Positions 49,556 through 61,445 of a stretch of 64,000 nucleotides of DNA are shown here, in pieces. The DNA is from Chara braunii. Its lineage: Eukaryota; Plantae; Charophyceae. Position 1 is the first letter of the stretch, and every line of letters begins with the position of its first letter. The notes beneath the pieces are model-generated. The model ran no database searches. It was not told where the DNA came from and saw nothing but the letters and a program-made list of their open reading frames with translations. The stretch is from assembly GCA_003427395.1 (NCBI GenBank), contig BFEA01000021.1, positions 2,424,510 to 2,488,509 on the forward strand, written 5' to 3'. The position numbers were made by a program, and so were the translations under genes.

Positions 49556-51130
49556 ATAACCACGTCATCAGCCATACGTCCTCTGATCGAATCGCTTAAC
49601 TACCCTATCTCTCTTACATCCAGCCGGTAATCCCGAGGCGCCTTACACAACGACAAAACCACAGGTACAGGGTTTGAACCCCCCCCACAGACCCGTCGGA
49701 AACCCACAGACCCTTACGCAACCCCCAGAAGACTCCAAAATACCTCACACCCTACTGCCCCAAGCTCGAAACCTGAAAGGCCATCATGCGAAAAACCAAA
49801 AGACCAAAATAACAAGGCCTTGTCCATTATCAACCAATAAAGATGACCCAAACTACCCTTGAAATTTTCTATGGTACCCCCTCTAATATAAACCGAATGA
49901 ATGACTTACCCCCTAAAGCGGGCGTATCACAACCCACGTCGGCCGGGAGACCCCCCCCCCCGAGAGAGGGTTAATGAAAGCCCCAAAATTCGGGGGTTTT
50001 CGCCACATCACCACAAGCAATGTCGTCGAAAGTTTCGCGAGCAAACAATGAAATGCTCATAATACAAACATAATTAAAAAAAAAAAAAAACAGGCCACAA
50101 AAAAAAAAAAAAANNNNNNNNNNNNNNNNNNNNNNNNNNNNNNNNNNNNNNNNNNNNNNNNNNNNNNNNNNNNNNNNNNNNNNNNNNNNNNNNNNNNNNN
50201 NNNNNNNNNNNNNNNNNNNNNNNNNNNNNNNNNNNNNNNNNNNNNNNNNNNNNNNNNNNNNNNNNNNNNNNNNNNNNNNNNNNNNNNNNNNNNNNNNNNN
50301 NNNNNNNNNNNNNNNNNNNNNNNNNNNNNNNNNNNNNNNNNNNNNNNNNNNNNNNNNNNNNNNNNNNNNNNNNNNNNNNNNNNNNNNNNNNNNNNNNNNN
50401 NNNNNNNNNNNNNNNNNNNNNNNNNNNNNNNNNNNNNNNNNNNNNNNNNNNNNNNNNNNNNNNNNNNNNNNNNNNNNNNNNNNNNNNNNNNNNNNNNNNN
50501 NNNNNNNNNNNNNNNNNNNNNNNNNNNNNNNNNNNNNNNNNNNNNNNNNNNNNNNNNNNNNNNNNNNNNNNNNNNNNNNNNNNNNNNNNNNNNNNNNNNN
50601 NNNNNNNNNNNNNNNNNNNNNNNNNNNNNNNNNNNNNNNNNNNNNNNNNNNNNNNNNNNNNNNNNNNNNNNNNNNNNNNNNNNNNNNNNNNNNNNNNNNN
50701 NNNNNNNNNNNNNNNNNNNNNNNNNNNNNNNNNNNNNNNNNNNNNNNNNNNNNNNNNNNNNNNNNNNNNNNNNNNNNNNNNNNNNNNNNNNNNNNNNNNN
50801 NNNNNNNNNNNNNNNNNNNNNNNAGGTGGTTGCATGTGCCCAACTGCCTTTGGCCTATGTTTGGCCCAGTACCCGTATCCAGCCCAGGGCCTGCTTCACA
50901 TACATTCACACAGGCGGCCCAGGGCCTGGGTTTACTCAACCAACTGTCGCTGCGCAACTGCCTGAATTTCCTTGAGTTGCTCAGGGGCCGAAATAAGGCC
51001 CTCAGGGGCCTCGTCTAGCCTGCCTTCACTTAGGGCAGCCGACAGGCTCCCGGAAAGAGGTTGAATGGGGCTCATCGAGGCAGTGGCCTTGCATTCCCTC
51101 CTCCTTGGCTTCAACAGTCCTCTGAGATGC

Positions 51131-54100
51131 TCAATCTTCGACCATCGGGCGCTTTCCTTTCTGCAGAGATTTCTCATAGTGGGCTACCACTTGTGGAGCG
51201 GTCTGCATGAGTTCATCCCTGGTAAACCATCGGTCCTCCTTCGGATCAATATGATGCCGGAACCGAACGCGGTACTGCAGCTTTGGTTTCGGAGGACGTC
51301 CCCTGCCTGTTGGTCTTGATACCGACAGCTCTCTGTGGTCCACGATATCATCGATGTCCACCTCTCCGTCCATGGTTGGGGGCAGCATTGAGCGACGAGA
51401 AGGAAACTGATGAGTCTCTTTGAAAGGTGCTAGCTTGGAAGCGTGAAAGGCAGGGTAAGTACGGAGATGACCAAAGATCCGGACAACATAGGATGGCCCA
51501 TCCAGATCTGTCCCAACGATGTCCAAGACTTCCCAGCGTCCAAAGTATTGGGGCATGAATTTGCGGGAAATCCCGTGCTCCTGTCCCAAGTCTGAAGACT
51601 TAACCCAGACCTTATCCCCAACCTGAAATGTAAAAGGCCGACGGTGTTTATTTTCAGACTCTATCATTGCAGCCTGCGCCTTCTGCATATGTTCTACAAC
51701 CTGCTGCATCTTCTGTTCATAGCGGTAAGCAAATTCTAAGGTACCTGGTGCAGCAGTGGATTGATTCTCAGGGAGAAGAAAGTCTAGGGGCAGTCTAGGC
51801 TTAAATGTTAGCAGTAAGCTGTTCGGGCTCACCCCGGTGGCGCTGTGTACAGCGTTGTTGTACACGCTGGCGATGAGAGCAAGCTTCTCATCCCAGTCCA
51901 CCTGGTTGGGCTTGATGTAATGCCTCAACAGGTGTTGTACAGCGCGGTTCAGTTGCTCGGCCTGACCGTTGGCCTCTGGGTGATTCCCAGAAGTCATCTG
52001 CAACTGAGTTCCCTGCTCTGCAACAGCGGCCTTCCACAACTCACTGGTAAACCGGACAAATAATAGACTTCGGTAAACCAAAGTCCCTGACCCAATTCTC
52101 TTTGAACATTCTGATCACGTACACCGTTCTTGCTGTTTCCGACATTGCACTAACCTAGCATACTTGCTAAATCTATCCACAATGACAAAGATGTGTCGCA
52201 TCCCACTCTTGCTGGTGATCAGAGTATCCATAAAGTCCATGGACAGACTCTCACCAGGCCTTTCCGGAATCGGAAGCGGCTTCAAGAGACCAAGAGGGGC
52301 ACGTGTACGAGGCTTGTCTCTCTGACAAACTTGACATGTTTCCACGTACAACTGAGCATCTCTCATCATCGTGGGCCACCAGAATCGCTGCAGCAGATTA
52401 GCTGCGGTCTTTTTGTACCCAAGATGACCGGTGGCATCATGGCATTCTCCTAAAAACAAACTACGCAAAGACTCGCTATTCGAGACACACAAACGCTTAT
52501 TCCCTGCCTTCTCAAGGAACAACAGGCCATTGACCAACTCAAACTCGACAGAGGTCTTCTTGTCCTTCGCCTCAAGTCTGCGCATGATCTCAGACATGAA
52601 CTGATCCTCGCGATAGGCTTCCACCAAAGACTGAGTAACATTGTCCGTCAGATCAAACTCAGTAATCAGCGCACCTGAGAAATCAGGTCTACGCGACAAG
52701 GCATCAACAACCTTGTTGTACTCCCCTTTCACATACTGAGGGTCAAAGTCATATTGCTCAATGACTTCGATCCAACGCTTGAGGGCGTCAGAGAGTTCAG
52801 GCTGAGTACTCATCCATCTCAGGGTCTGATGATCAGTCCTTAGGATGAAGAACCTCCCAAGGAGATAGTGCCTCCAATGGGTCAGAGCCTTGTAAGCCGC
52901 ATACAGTTCCTTCTCATAGGTGGACTTTGCCAATTTCTGAGACGGCATCTTTTTCGACATGTACTCGACTGGCCTCAACTTTGGCCCCTCCTGCTGCGCG
53001 AGCACGGCGCCAATGCCGTATTGGCTGGCATCCGTGGTGACTATGAACGACTTGTCAGGATCAGGAAGTTTCAAGACCTCGTAGTGCGTCAACGCATGCT
53101 TCAGATGTCTGAAAGCAGCCTCGCACTCATTTGTCCACTCCCATGGGGTGTCAAGGCGGGTCAGATCAGTCGAAGGAGCGGCCACTATGCTATAGTTCTT
53201 AACGGAAGTCCTATAGTAGCCTGTCATTCCCAAGAAAGATCTCATCTCAGTCACAGACTGAGGACGTGGCCAATCACGAATGCTGGCCACCTTCACGTCA
53301 TCGGGCTTCAACCCTTCCGCGGAAATCTCATGACCCAAGTACAAGACACGGGTGCGGCCAAACTCGCACTTCTCTCCGTAGATCTTGAACTTGTACTGTC
53401 GTAGGAGACTGAGGACTTTGTCCAAATGTGCAACATGCTCCTCGACAGTCTTACTAAAAGTAAGTATGTCATCGAGGTACACGATGACAAACTTATCCAA
53501 GTAGTCATGGAATATCCGATTCATGGCGTGCTGAAAGGTGCCAGGAGCATTGCAAAGATCGAAAGGCATCACCACAAACTCGTACAGACCGCACCTGGTC
53601 TGAAAGGCGGTTTTGTGTTGATCCTCGGGCCGGATTGCAATCTGATGGTACCCGGACTTCATATATATCTTACTGAAGTACTGACACCCTTGCACTCTAT
53701 CTAACATATCGTCGATGCGCGATAGGGGCTCTCTCTTCTTTACAGTGATGGCATTGAGGCCCCTATAATCAATGCACATCCTGAGTGTACCCTCCTTCTT
53801 CTTAGGTATGAATAGTACTGGAGATCCATAGGGAGAGACACTCGGTCGGATCCAACCCTTCTCTACGAGTTCCTTGAGTTGGCGGAGAAGCTCATCAAGC
53901 TCGCCTGGAGACATCCGATAGATCCTACCCTTCGAAATACTAGACCCTGGGAAAATCTCTATCGCATGGACGACCTCCCTCTCAACAACCCCTGTCGGCT
54001 CTTCAAATAGATCAGGGTACATAGCAAGTACTCCCTCTATCTCCGGCGGCATTTTCACCGGCTCGCCTGCGGCAGAGACATAGACTAAATACATACCCTC

Positions 54101-54793
54101 CTCCTGATTTTGCTTATAATAATACATACCCTCCTCCTGATTTTGCTTACAATAATTGTAGACCGCGGCCGCACACATGCACCCATATGACTCAATCAGA
54201 CTACTAGCTTTGAACTTATGTAATCTGGCGGTCCCTCCACCTGGCAAAGTGTGTTTGGCCACTTTTCGGTCCCAGTCAAACTGGGGCTGTGCTACAGAGA
54301 GGTAGTACATACCTAGTAACATATCCATTGGGAGTTCGTCACTCACTAGGAACGAGACGCGATGTCTCAAGTCCCCTCCCGCGTACAGGAAACAACACTC
54401 AACATCCTGGAGGTAGTCATTGACTACCATGCGCTGTTCGTTGGCACAGGTCGACTCCACAGGTCGACTCAAGCGCTGCACTTGCCCCTGTAAACGCAGT
54501 CTCTGAACGCATGCGCGACTAATAAAGTTTCGTGTCGAGCAAGTGTCATAATAGGCCCCGGCCTTGTGGCCGCCAATAACAACCTCGCTGACGAACATCT
54601 CACCCTTTGGGGCTTTGACTAATGTCGTCCAAGAAGCTAGCGGGTCTGATCTAGACCACTCCACCTCTAGCTCCTCTAAGGACTCAAACACATTCATCGA
54701 ACAGAGGCTCGATGGGTCTGAATGTGCTTGCGGGACGACGCTGGAGTCAGAAGCTTGGGCCATCTCTCGAGATGGTGAGGGTGTCTCCACCAC
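51131..54793 (-). pseudogene. Gypsy pol (protease, RT, RNase H, integrase, chromodomain), frameshifted in the integrase
   Basis: YYDTCS (PR), LRMCIDYRGLN, VYLDD, TDASQYGIGAVL, H-H-CQVC, SMDFM, ANGQAE and a C-terminal IDDIVDHR...YRVRF...DRW. Confidence 0.93.
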
Positions 54794-54894
54794 CTCGACC
54801 CTAGCAGGAACAGCTACTATTCCTACTGGCCCGACGTGTTTCCCGAAGCACTACCTGAAGTACTGGCAACGTTGCTACCAACGGGATGAGAGGA

Positions 54895-56497
54895 TCACAA
54901 TACCTGCCCCATCGTAGGCGGGATCTTTTCTGTCACTTTCTTATTGCAGCACTTGAATTGGTTGTGGCCATATTGACCACAACAAATACAGGCCTGCCGT
55001 GAGTAACGGTCTCTCCACAAGTCCTCTGTAAGACCCGCTTTCTCCCATGGAGGAGCATTGGGGTCAACTTGACTCCTAAACCGGGAACCTCCACGGCGTC
55101 TACCGGTCGCCTTTCCTTTTTGGCTACGGCAGCGACCACTCCACCCTCTCAAGTTTCTACGCTGCCCGCCTCTGAACCTACTCCCTCCTGGAAGTGTTCG
55201 TCTACTTCGATAGTAGAACCATCGTTATCGACAAACATTAAGCGGCCCTTCGCCTTCCAGTTAGGAGGCAGTGTCTTCTTTCTCCCATCCGTAGTGGGTG
55301 CCTGTCCATGCCCTATCTTAGCTTCAAGGTCTAGGGCCATCTTGCTGAACGAAGGAAAGTTGTGCATATTGATGTTGGCCTCTCTTGCCAACTGGTTCCT
55401 GAGAGGCTGAGAAAAGCATCTCAAGTACGAGGTAAGCAGGACCTGGGGGTCATAGCCCACCCCTGGGACATAGATCAAACGCTCAACAACGTCGGTGGCT
55501 TCCCTTACTGACTTAAACTGCCGCGTGTGCAGTGTCAGGATCGCATCAGTGGCCCTTTGGGCCTCCTGAGGATCATGCCACCTTTCTTCCACCATCTTCA
55601 AGAAGTCCAATTTCTGGGTGACCGCCCAAGCGCGGAAGTCATGACCATACCCCTGGAGCTGCACTAAACCACTCAACCATCTTGCTGCACTACCCTCTAG
55701 GTAAGAAGCAGCCACAAGCACTTCTTCGTGTGGCAAGGTGAGTTTACACCTGACGTAGACTGGCACCGCCCTCAACCAAGTGTCGAGGTCTTCGCCTCTC
55801 TTGTCTCCTGTAAAAGGTTTGGGAGCGGCGATGGCCGTCTTTGGAACCCACTGGGTCTATCCCGGTCCCTGCATCACTACGGGTTGTGGACCCTGTGCCA
55901 CAGATTGCTGTGCCAATTGTTGGGGTTGTGTGCCCTGCGGCTGCACAGGCTGCGAGACAGCAGGCTACGTGGTGACTGCAACCTGCGACGGAGTTTGGGT
56001 GAACACTGTCTGAACAGGAACCTGTAAACTAGTCCCTGCTGATACCCCTCCTGACAGCTGCATGCCCAGGGAAACGATCGCAGCGATGACGGGGCTACAT
56101 ATGGGGATACCCCTGTCACCGGTGGGACAGAAAAAGGAGGATATGACACGGGCCAGGCACCAGGCCCGGATGGTGATGGTGCCGCCTGAGCACGCCCTAC
56201 CAGAATGGCTACGCTCTGTTGGATATCCTGAAGGATGGTAGTCTGATGCTCCTGCATCTCTATTACTCCTAGCAGGGCCCTCCTAACTACCCTCACATCT
56301 TCATCCATGTTCGTCAGGTCCATCGTGTCTAACTCCTCTATGTCTGCCCCTCTCCGCTGCATCCTGGCTCTTCTTCTAATCATCTTCTCCTTCTTCACTT
56401 TTATTTGTCCTAATGCCTGCTGTAACTGCGCCTCCTGCGGGGCTGCCTGCTGGATGGCGACATCCTCTGGGGTCAACATTGTTGCCTGGCTTGCCAT
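54895..56497 (-). pseudogene. Gypsy gag, disrupted
   Basis: MASQAT..., AASYLEGSAARW and the CICCGQYGHNQFKC zinc knuckle. Confidence 0.85.
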
Positions 56498-56998
56498 AAC
56501 GCCAGTGGACTGACTCACGGTCTGCGCGACTGTTGACCCGACGCAGGCTTCCAGTAGGCTCCGGTAGCCTGTGGCCCAGCTCGAAGAAATCAGGCCTTGG
56601 GCCTGAGGTGGTTGCATGTGCCCAACTGCCTTTGGCCTGTGTTTGGCCCAGTACCCGTATCCAGCCCAGGGCCTGCTTCACATACATTCACACAGGCGGC
56701 TCAGGGCCTGGGTTTACTCAACCAACTGGCGCTGCGCAACTGCCTGAATTTCCTTGAGTTGCGCAGGGGCCGAAATAAGGCCCTCAGGGGCCTCGTCGAG
56801 CCTGCCTTCACTTAGGGCGGCCGACAGGCTCCCGGAAAGGGGCTGAATGGGGCTCATCGAGGCAGTGGCCTCGCAATTCGGAGTAGCTTTCGGAGTTCGC
56901 CACATTTTATGATTTTTCTCCGAATTCGATATTTTTGCCAACTATTTCGTTACTGGTCCAAATACGTTGAAGACAAAACACACACACACACACACACA

Positions 56999-57059
<61 letters not shown>

Positions 57060-57154
57060 TAATAATAAATCAAGGAAATATGGTAATTTACTAATTTCAG
57101 TGAAAAATTCGCCGAAAATGACACCACCTATGACACCATTTGTGCACCTTGGCA

Positions 57155-57762
57155 GGGCAGATTTGCAATAAGCCCGATCGCTTATCGGACATCGGACATC
57201 AGCCCGCTTGGCAGGGCAGATTTGCAATTAACCGGATCCCTTATCGAAAATCAGCCCTCCTGGTCTTTTCCTCGATGACACCGTCAGTGATCCGGCTTAT
57301 TCCAAATCTTCCCTTCCAAGGGGAGTAGAGAAAAGCAAACCTCCATGCAATGACAATCGCCAAGTGTGAACACTCAAAGCCCAATGAAACGACATGAAAA
57401 GAAAGAAGCAAGAAGAAGGAAAGAAGAAAGAAGAAGAAGAAAAAAGAAGAAGAGAATCAGCTCAGTATATTGCAATAAGCTCAATCAAAATGGTGAGACC
57501 CGCCATCTGGCGAGAACCACCGTGTCATGAAGCGCAGCTGGCAAAAAGGAACCCGACAGCTGTTTCGGCCGGCTTGCCAGAACAGGTCTTCCAAGGGGAG
57601 TCTCCTCCCTGCCGTGGCCAAATCAGCCCCCAAAGCAAACCACATAATATTTCAAATTTGTGCTCCATTATTCGACAATCTGAGGGGGTCTTATCAAGGG
57701 GTCTCTTCCAGGGGCCCTCATCCTAGGGGGAGTCGCCGATCCGGCTTATTGCAAATCTGCCC
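57155..57762. mobile_element. Non-autonomous TIR element of about 600 bp
   Basis: GGGCAGATTTGCAATAAGCC.GATCG ... CGATCCGGCTTATTGCAAATCTGCCC, with subterminal repeats. No clear TSD. Confidence 0.6.
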
Positions 57763-58543
57763 TTACTTATTCCTAACTCGAAGATATGGTTGATACAAAG
57801 AGTTTTTTTTTTGTTTTGTTTTTGTTTTTTTTCCGGGTTGTTGATACGAAGTATTGCCTTTTTAATAAGTTGCCTTTTGCACCTCTTTAATAATATTTTT
57901 TATTTTTATACTCTGTTGTTTCGGATACGATTTAGCAAGGGGGCAAGGAGGTTGAGGAAAGCGAGGGGGGGGGGGGGGGGGGGGAGAAGGGGAGGGGGAA
58001 GAGGGGATCTATTAATCCTTCTCCCTCGATAACACTTTTCTTCATGCTAGCCGGTGGATAAGCAAACGGGACGGATGCACCCCAGAATAAATGGGGCCGT
58101 GTGTAATTGTGTCTGTAAAAAAAAAAAAAAAAAGTCCTGCCAAACGCCGACACGTGGCAATACACGACACCCTCGAGTTTCTTTAACTCCCACTGTACCA
58201 TAGGAGCCGCCACGTGGCATACCTTCTGCGCCGACACCTGGCATCCATCATCCTCCATCTTTCCCTAGTAGATCGGCTTCTCCTCAACCCTCTACCCTCT
58301 CTCCTCCTCTCCTCATCGTCTTCTTCTCCTCCTCTGCCTCTCTTTTCTTTGCGACCCACCCACCTCCCACACCTCTCCAACCTATCCCNNNNNNNNNNNN
58401 NNNNNNNNNNNNNNNNNNNNNNNNNNNNNNNNNNNNNNNNNNNNNNNNNNNNNNNNNNNNNNNNNNNNNNNNNNNNNNNNNNNNNNNNNNNNNNNNNNNN
58501 NNNNNNNNNNNNNNNNNNNNNNNNNNNNNNNNNNNNNNNNNNN

Positions 58544-58597
<54 letters not shown>

Positions 58598-58934
58598 CAC
58601 ACACACACACACACACACATCCCTGTGCTCTCCCAGGGTAACTACAGCACTTCGTCAAACAGAGCGTCGCAAGGATCAAGCTGCGGACAGCCGGCTTCCT
58701 TGGGTACAGAAGAAGACATCAACATCCTTACGACTGCATCTGACTGGAAACCTGCGCTCGATACATTCATAACGCCCAAGGTTGCATCCACGTACACGTA
58801 CCCCTTACCACCCCCCCCATCCCCTCCCCTCCAAGCACAGCGCACTCCGACCATGAATATCCACACAAGATAACTTTCCGGTCCGATACAGTCCCAAGTA
58901 GCGTGGCTTGTGTTCAGGCGAAAACGGACAGCAC

Positions 58935-59068
58935 GTCCTTCGCGACATCCGTTAAATATGGAACGATACAGAGAAAGAAGATTAGCATGGCCCCTGCGCT
59001 TTCAAGGATGAACCGCATAAATCGAGAAATGGTCCAAATATTAAAAAAAACAAAAACAAAAAAAAAAC
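58935..59068 (+). mobile_element. U6-derived SINE-like retrocopy 4
   Basis: Full U6 body with [AGAA] and [TTTC] insertions, an A-rich tail, and TSD ACGGACAGCA at 58924-58933 and 59069-59078. Confidence 0.9.
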
Positions 59069-59110
59069 ACGGACAGCAGCAGCAGTTAAAAACACTCCTA
59101 CACACACACA

Positions 59111-59158
<48 letters not shown>

Positions 59159-59259
59159 ACACTCCTACCGCGGGTCGAACATCTTTGTACCCTCGGGAAA
59201 AAGAGGTGGGTGTGTCCACAAAAAGGAATGACCGTCACGGCTGTGCAGGTGCAGCTCAC

Positions 59260-59517
59260 CTGGTCACGCCAGAAGGTCCTCATTTTGACTCGAAAATCAA
59301 CGTCCGGTCCAACCACCTTAACCAGCTGGATGTCCTTCAGCGCCTTTGCAACGGCCATAGCTTTGCCCACGGGCACCATGCAAGCTCGCTGCCTTTCGTC
59401 TGCATGCGTATCCCCTCCCGAAGGTTGACGATCATCATCACCATCGCCATCGCCATCGCCATCAGCTGCCACGTGGCTGCCACCAGTTCTCTGGTATTCC
59501 CCTCCAATCTCTTCCAT
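59260..59517 (-). CDS. PRXL2B: Peroxiredoxin-like 2B, exon 1 (ATG at 59517, 59379 or 59358)
   Basis: ...ALKDIQLVKVVGPDVDFRVKMRTFWRDQ|GTGAGC joins exon 2 in phase 0 to give FWRDQ-PVVIHIMRRFGC, as expected for the family. The protein would be 219-272 aa. Confidence 0.78.
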
Positions 59518-59559
59518 GGATTTCAACGGTACCCGTCGTCCTATCTAATCCTAAGTGCC

Positions 59560-60000
59560 AACCACAGCCACGTGGCCATCAGACAAACCATCTACTCCTA
59601 CCGTTGATGACCGTCGACGTGGCTGACACCGCCCGCCACCATGTTGTTGTCTACGTCAACGCCAAGTGGCACCACGAAATTTATGCCACGTGGGCCCACA
59701 AGCTTCACAGACGTAGTACCACTTTTTTTGCTGCCACGCGGTACCACACTCTTATGTGACGTGGCACCACACGGGCGGTACCACGAGCTTTTGTGGTACC
59801 ACAACCTTTACGCCACGTTGCACCACGATCTTTAAGCCACGTGGTACCACAACCTTCACGCCACGTGGTACCACGATCTTTAAGACACCTGGTACCACAA
59901 CCTTTACGCCACGTGGTACCACTAGCTTTAGTGCGGTACAAGCTTTACGCCACGTGGTACCAAAACGTCCAGGCCACGTGGCACCACAAGCTTTGCAACA
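59560..60000. promoter_or_regulatory. Tandem array of about 24-bp units rich in G-box/ABRE-like GCCACGTGG, upstream of exon 1
   Basis: At least seven GCCACGTGG copies plus variants lie within 500 bp of the ATG. Function is inferred. Confidence 0.5.
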
Positions 60001-60336
60001 CGCGGCCGTCGTTTCCGGCTGCTTCTCATTCTTATATTATATTATAGACTTTATAATTACATTGTTGATGACAGACGGATATCGCCAGACTCCTACCGTC
60101 TTCCGCCGAACAGAACGTACCCTGAATGTAGACAAGCCATGTTTCCGGTGAGATACGGTCCGAACGGAGTAGCTATACCTGCTATAATAGCCCTTCCTCA
60201 GTGAGCGCGTCATTCAAGACACCCCGTCAATGGTCCTCGATCGCAGGATAGCGTCGGTCTTGGAGTGGTGGGTCTTACTTTCTTTTCTTTTTTCTTTTTT
60301 ACTTTTTTTTTTTTCGGGAAACTTTTTTTTGTCCGG

Positions 60337-60435
60337 GGGCAAGGTCCCACTTGCACCTATTACGCGATTCTGACCGTCGATCTGTGCTATCTACGGTCAA
60401 GATATCTCTTAATTCGTGTAAGTGGGACCTAGCCT
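60337..60435. mobile_element. PIF/Harbinger-like MITE, 99 bp
   Basis: Sister of 21649-21745, with TSD CGG. Confidence 0.8.
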
Positions 60436-60959
60436 CGGGTGGGGGTGTCCTACCTTTTTCTTTTTTCTTTCTTTCGGGAAACTACCCTCCAGCTAGAGAT
60501 AACCCGTTGGCCCCCCAAGCCAGCATTGGTAGGACCTTGGTTGATGTTGTTGGTTGCTATGCAGCTACAATATTGGCCATTAGACACCGCCATGTGGGGT
60601 TTGGGGGGGGGTTAGGGGGAGGTGGAGTGACTGGCCATTGCTCGGTGCTAGCACCGCCGATTTCCCCCATCGGCAATGCCTGCACACCCCTCGTCACGGT
60701 GATGAGGGACTGGTACAGCCTTGCTCTCGCACCACTGCTGTGGTGCCAACCTACCCCGTGGGCTGGGGAGAGATCCGGGTTGGTTGGTGTTCCCCCGTAC
60801 TATAAATAGACTAGTGAGAGGATGAGTACTAGCAAGAAAAAATGAGATAGATGAGAGAAGAATATAGCTTTACAAAACAAAAAAAATTCTTTCTTCTTTC
60901 CCTTTTTTTTTAATTTTAATCTACCTACCACTCGTGGTGAAGGGAGGTAGGCAAGGACC

Positions 60960-61066
60960 ATTGGAATAAGTGTCTGAATCTGGACGCGTTCCAGGCAGAG
61001 ATGCAGAAAAGCAGATCAATCGCAGTTTTCTGCACCTTGCGTCCAGATTCAGACACTCATTCCAAT
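60960..61066. mobile_element. Palindromic MITE-like element
   Basis: ATTGGAATAAGTGTCTGAATCTGGACGC...GCGTCCAGATTCAGACACTCATTCCAAT. The internal part recurs inverted at about 62180-62222. Confidence 0.65.
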
Positions 61067-61349
61067 CCTCTCTGCCAGTGGGATCTGGCCCTAAGGCTAT
61101 ATGAGCTCTCTACCCCTTTATAGTCCTAAGGCTATAAAGGGGACCCCTGCAAGCATACATCGTGGTGAAGGTAGGTCAGCTCTCTCGGTGGAGGGAGGTA
61201 ATTGCATGTTTTTGCCCCAGCGGCCTAACTCAATCCGTTAGGCAGGCAAGTGGCATTTGAGGAGGTTGTGGATTCAATCCCATGGCCTCTTGCGGTATGC
61301 TTGGTGCCAACCAACTGACATAGACAGCTGGATCCTCCCAGCTGGTATT

Positions 61350-61445
61350 AGTAGGGTCTTCAGCCAACACAGGTGTGAGTGTAGTAGGGTCTTCAGCCAA
61401 CACAGGTGTGAGTGTGGTAGGGTCTTCAGCCAACACGGGTGCGAG
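61350..61445. repeat. 33-bp tandem repeat, three units
   Basis: AGTAGGGTCTTCAGCCAACACAGGTGTGAGTGT units. Confidence 0.85.

Larger units (their letters stand above)
50824..56875 (-). mobile_element. Ty3/gypsy LTR retrotransposon with chromodomain integrase (chromovirus), decayed; the 3' LTR runs into an N gap
   Basis: Direct repeats at 50824-51093 and 56606-56875 begin with TG on the minus strand and show about 10 differences over about 270 bp. PPT AAGGAGGAGGGAA lies at 51094-51106. Domain order is gag-PR-RT-RH-IN-CHD. Confidence 0.95.

Noticed and set aside
56490-56740. Tf1-like self-priming PBS (ACTGGCGTT pairing with AGCGCCAGT in the LTR)
   Set aside because: Only 9 bp with a wobble, altered in the other LTR. 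The LTR end cannot be fixed because of the N gap.
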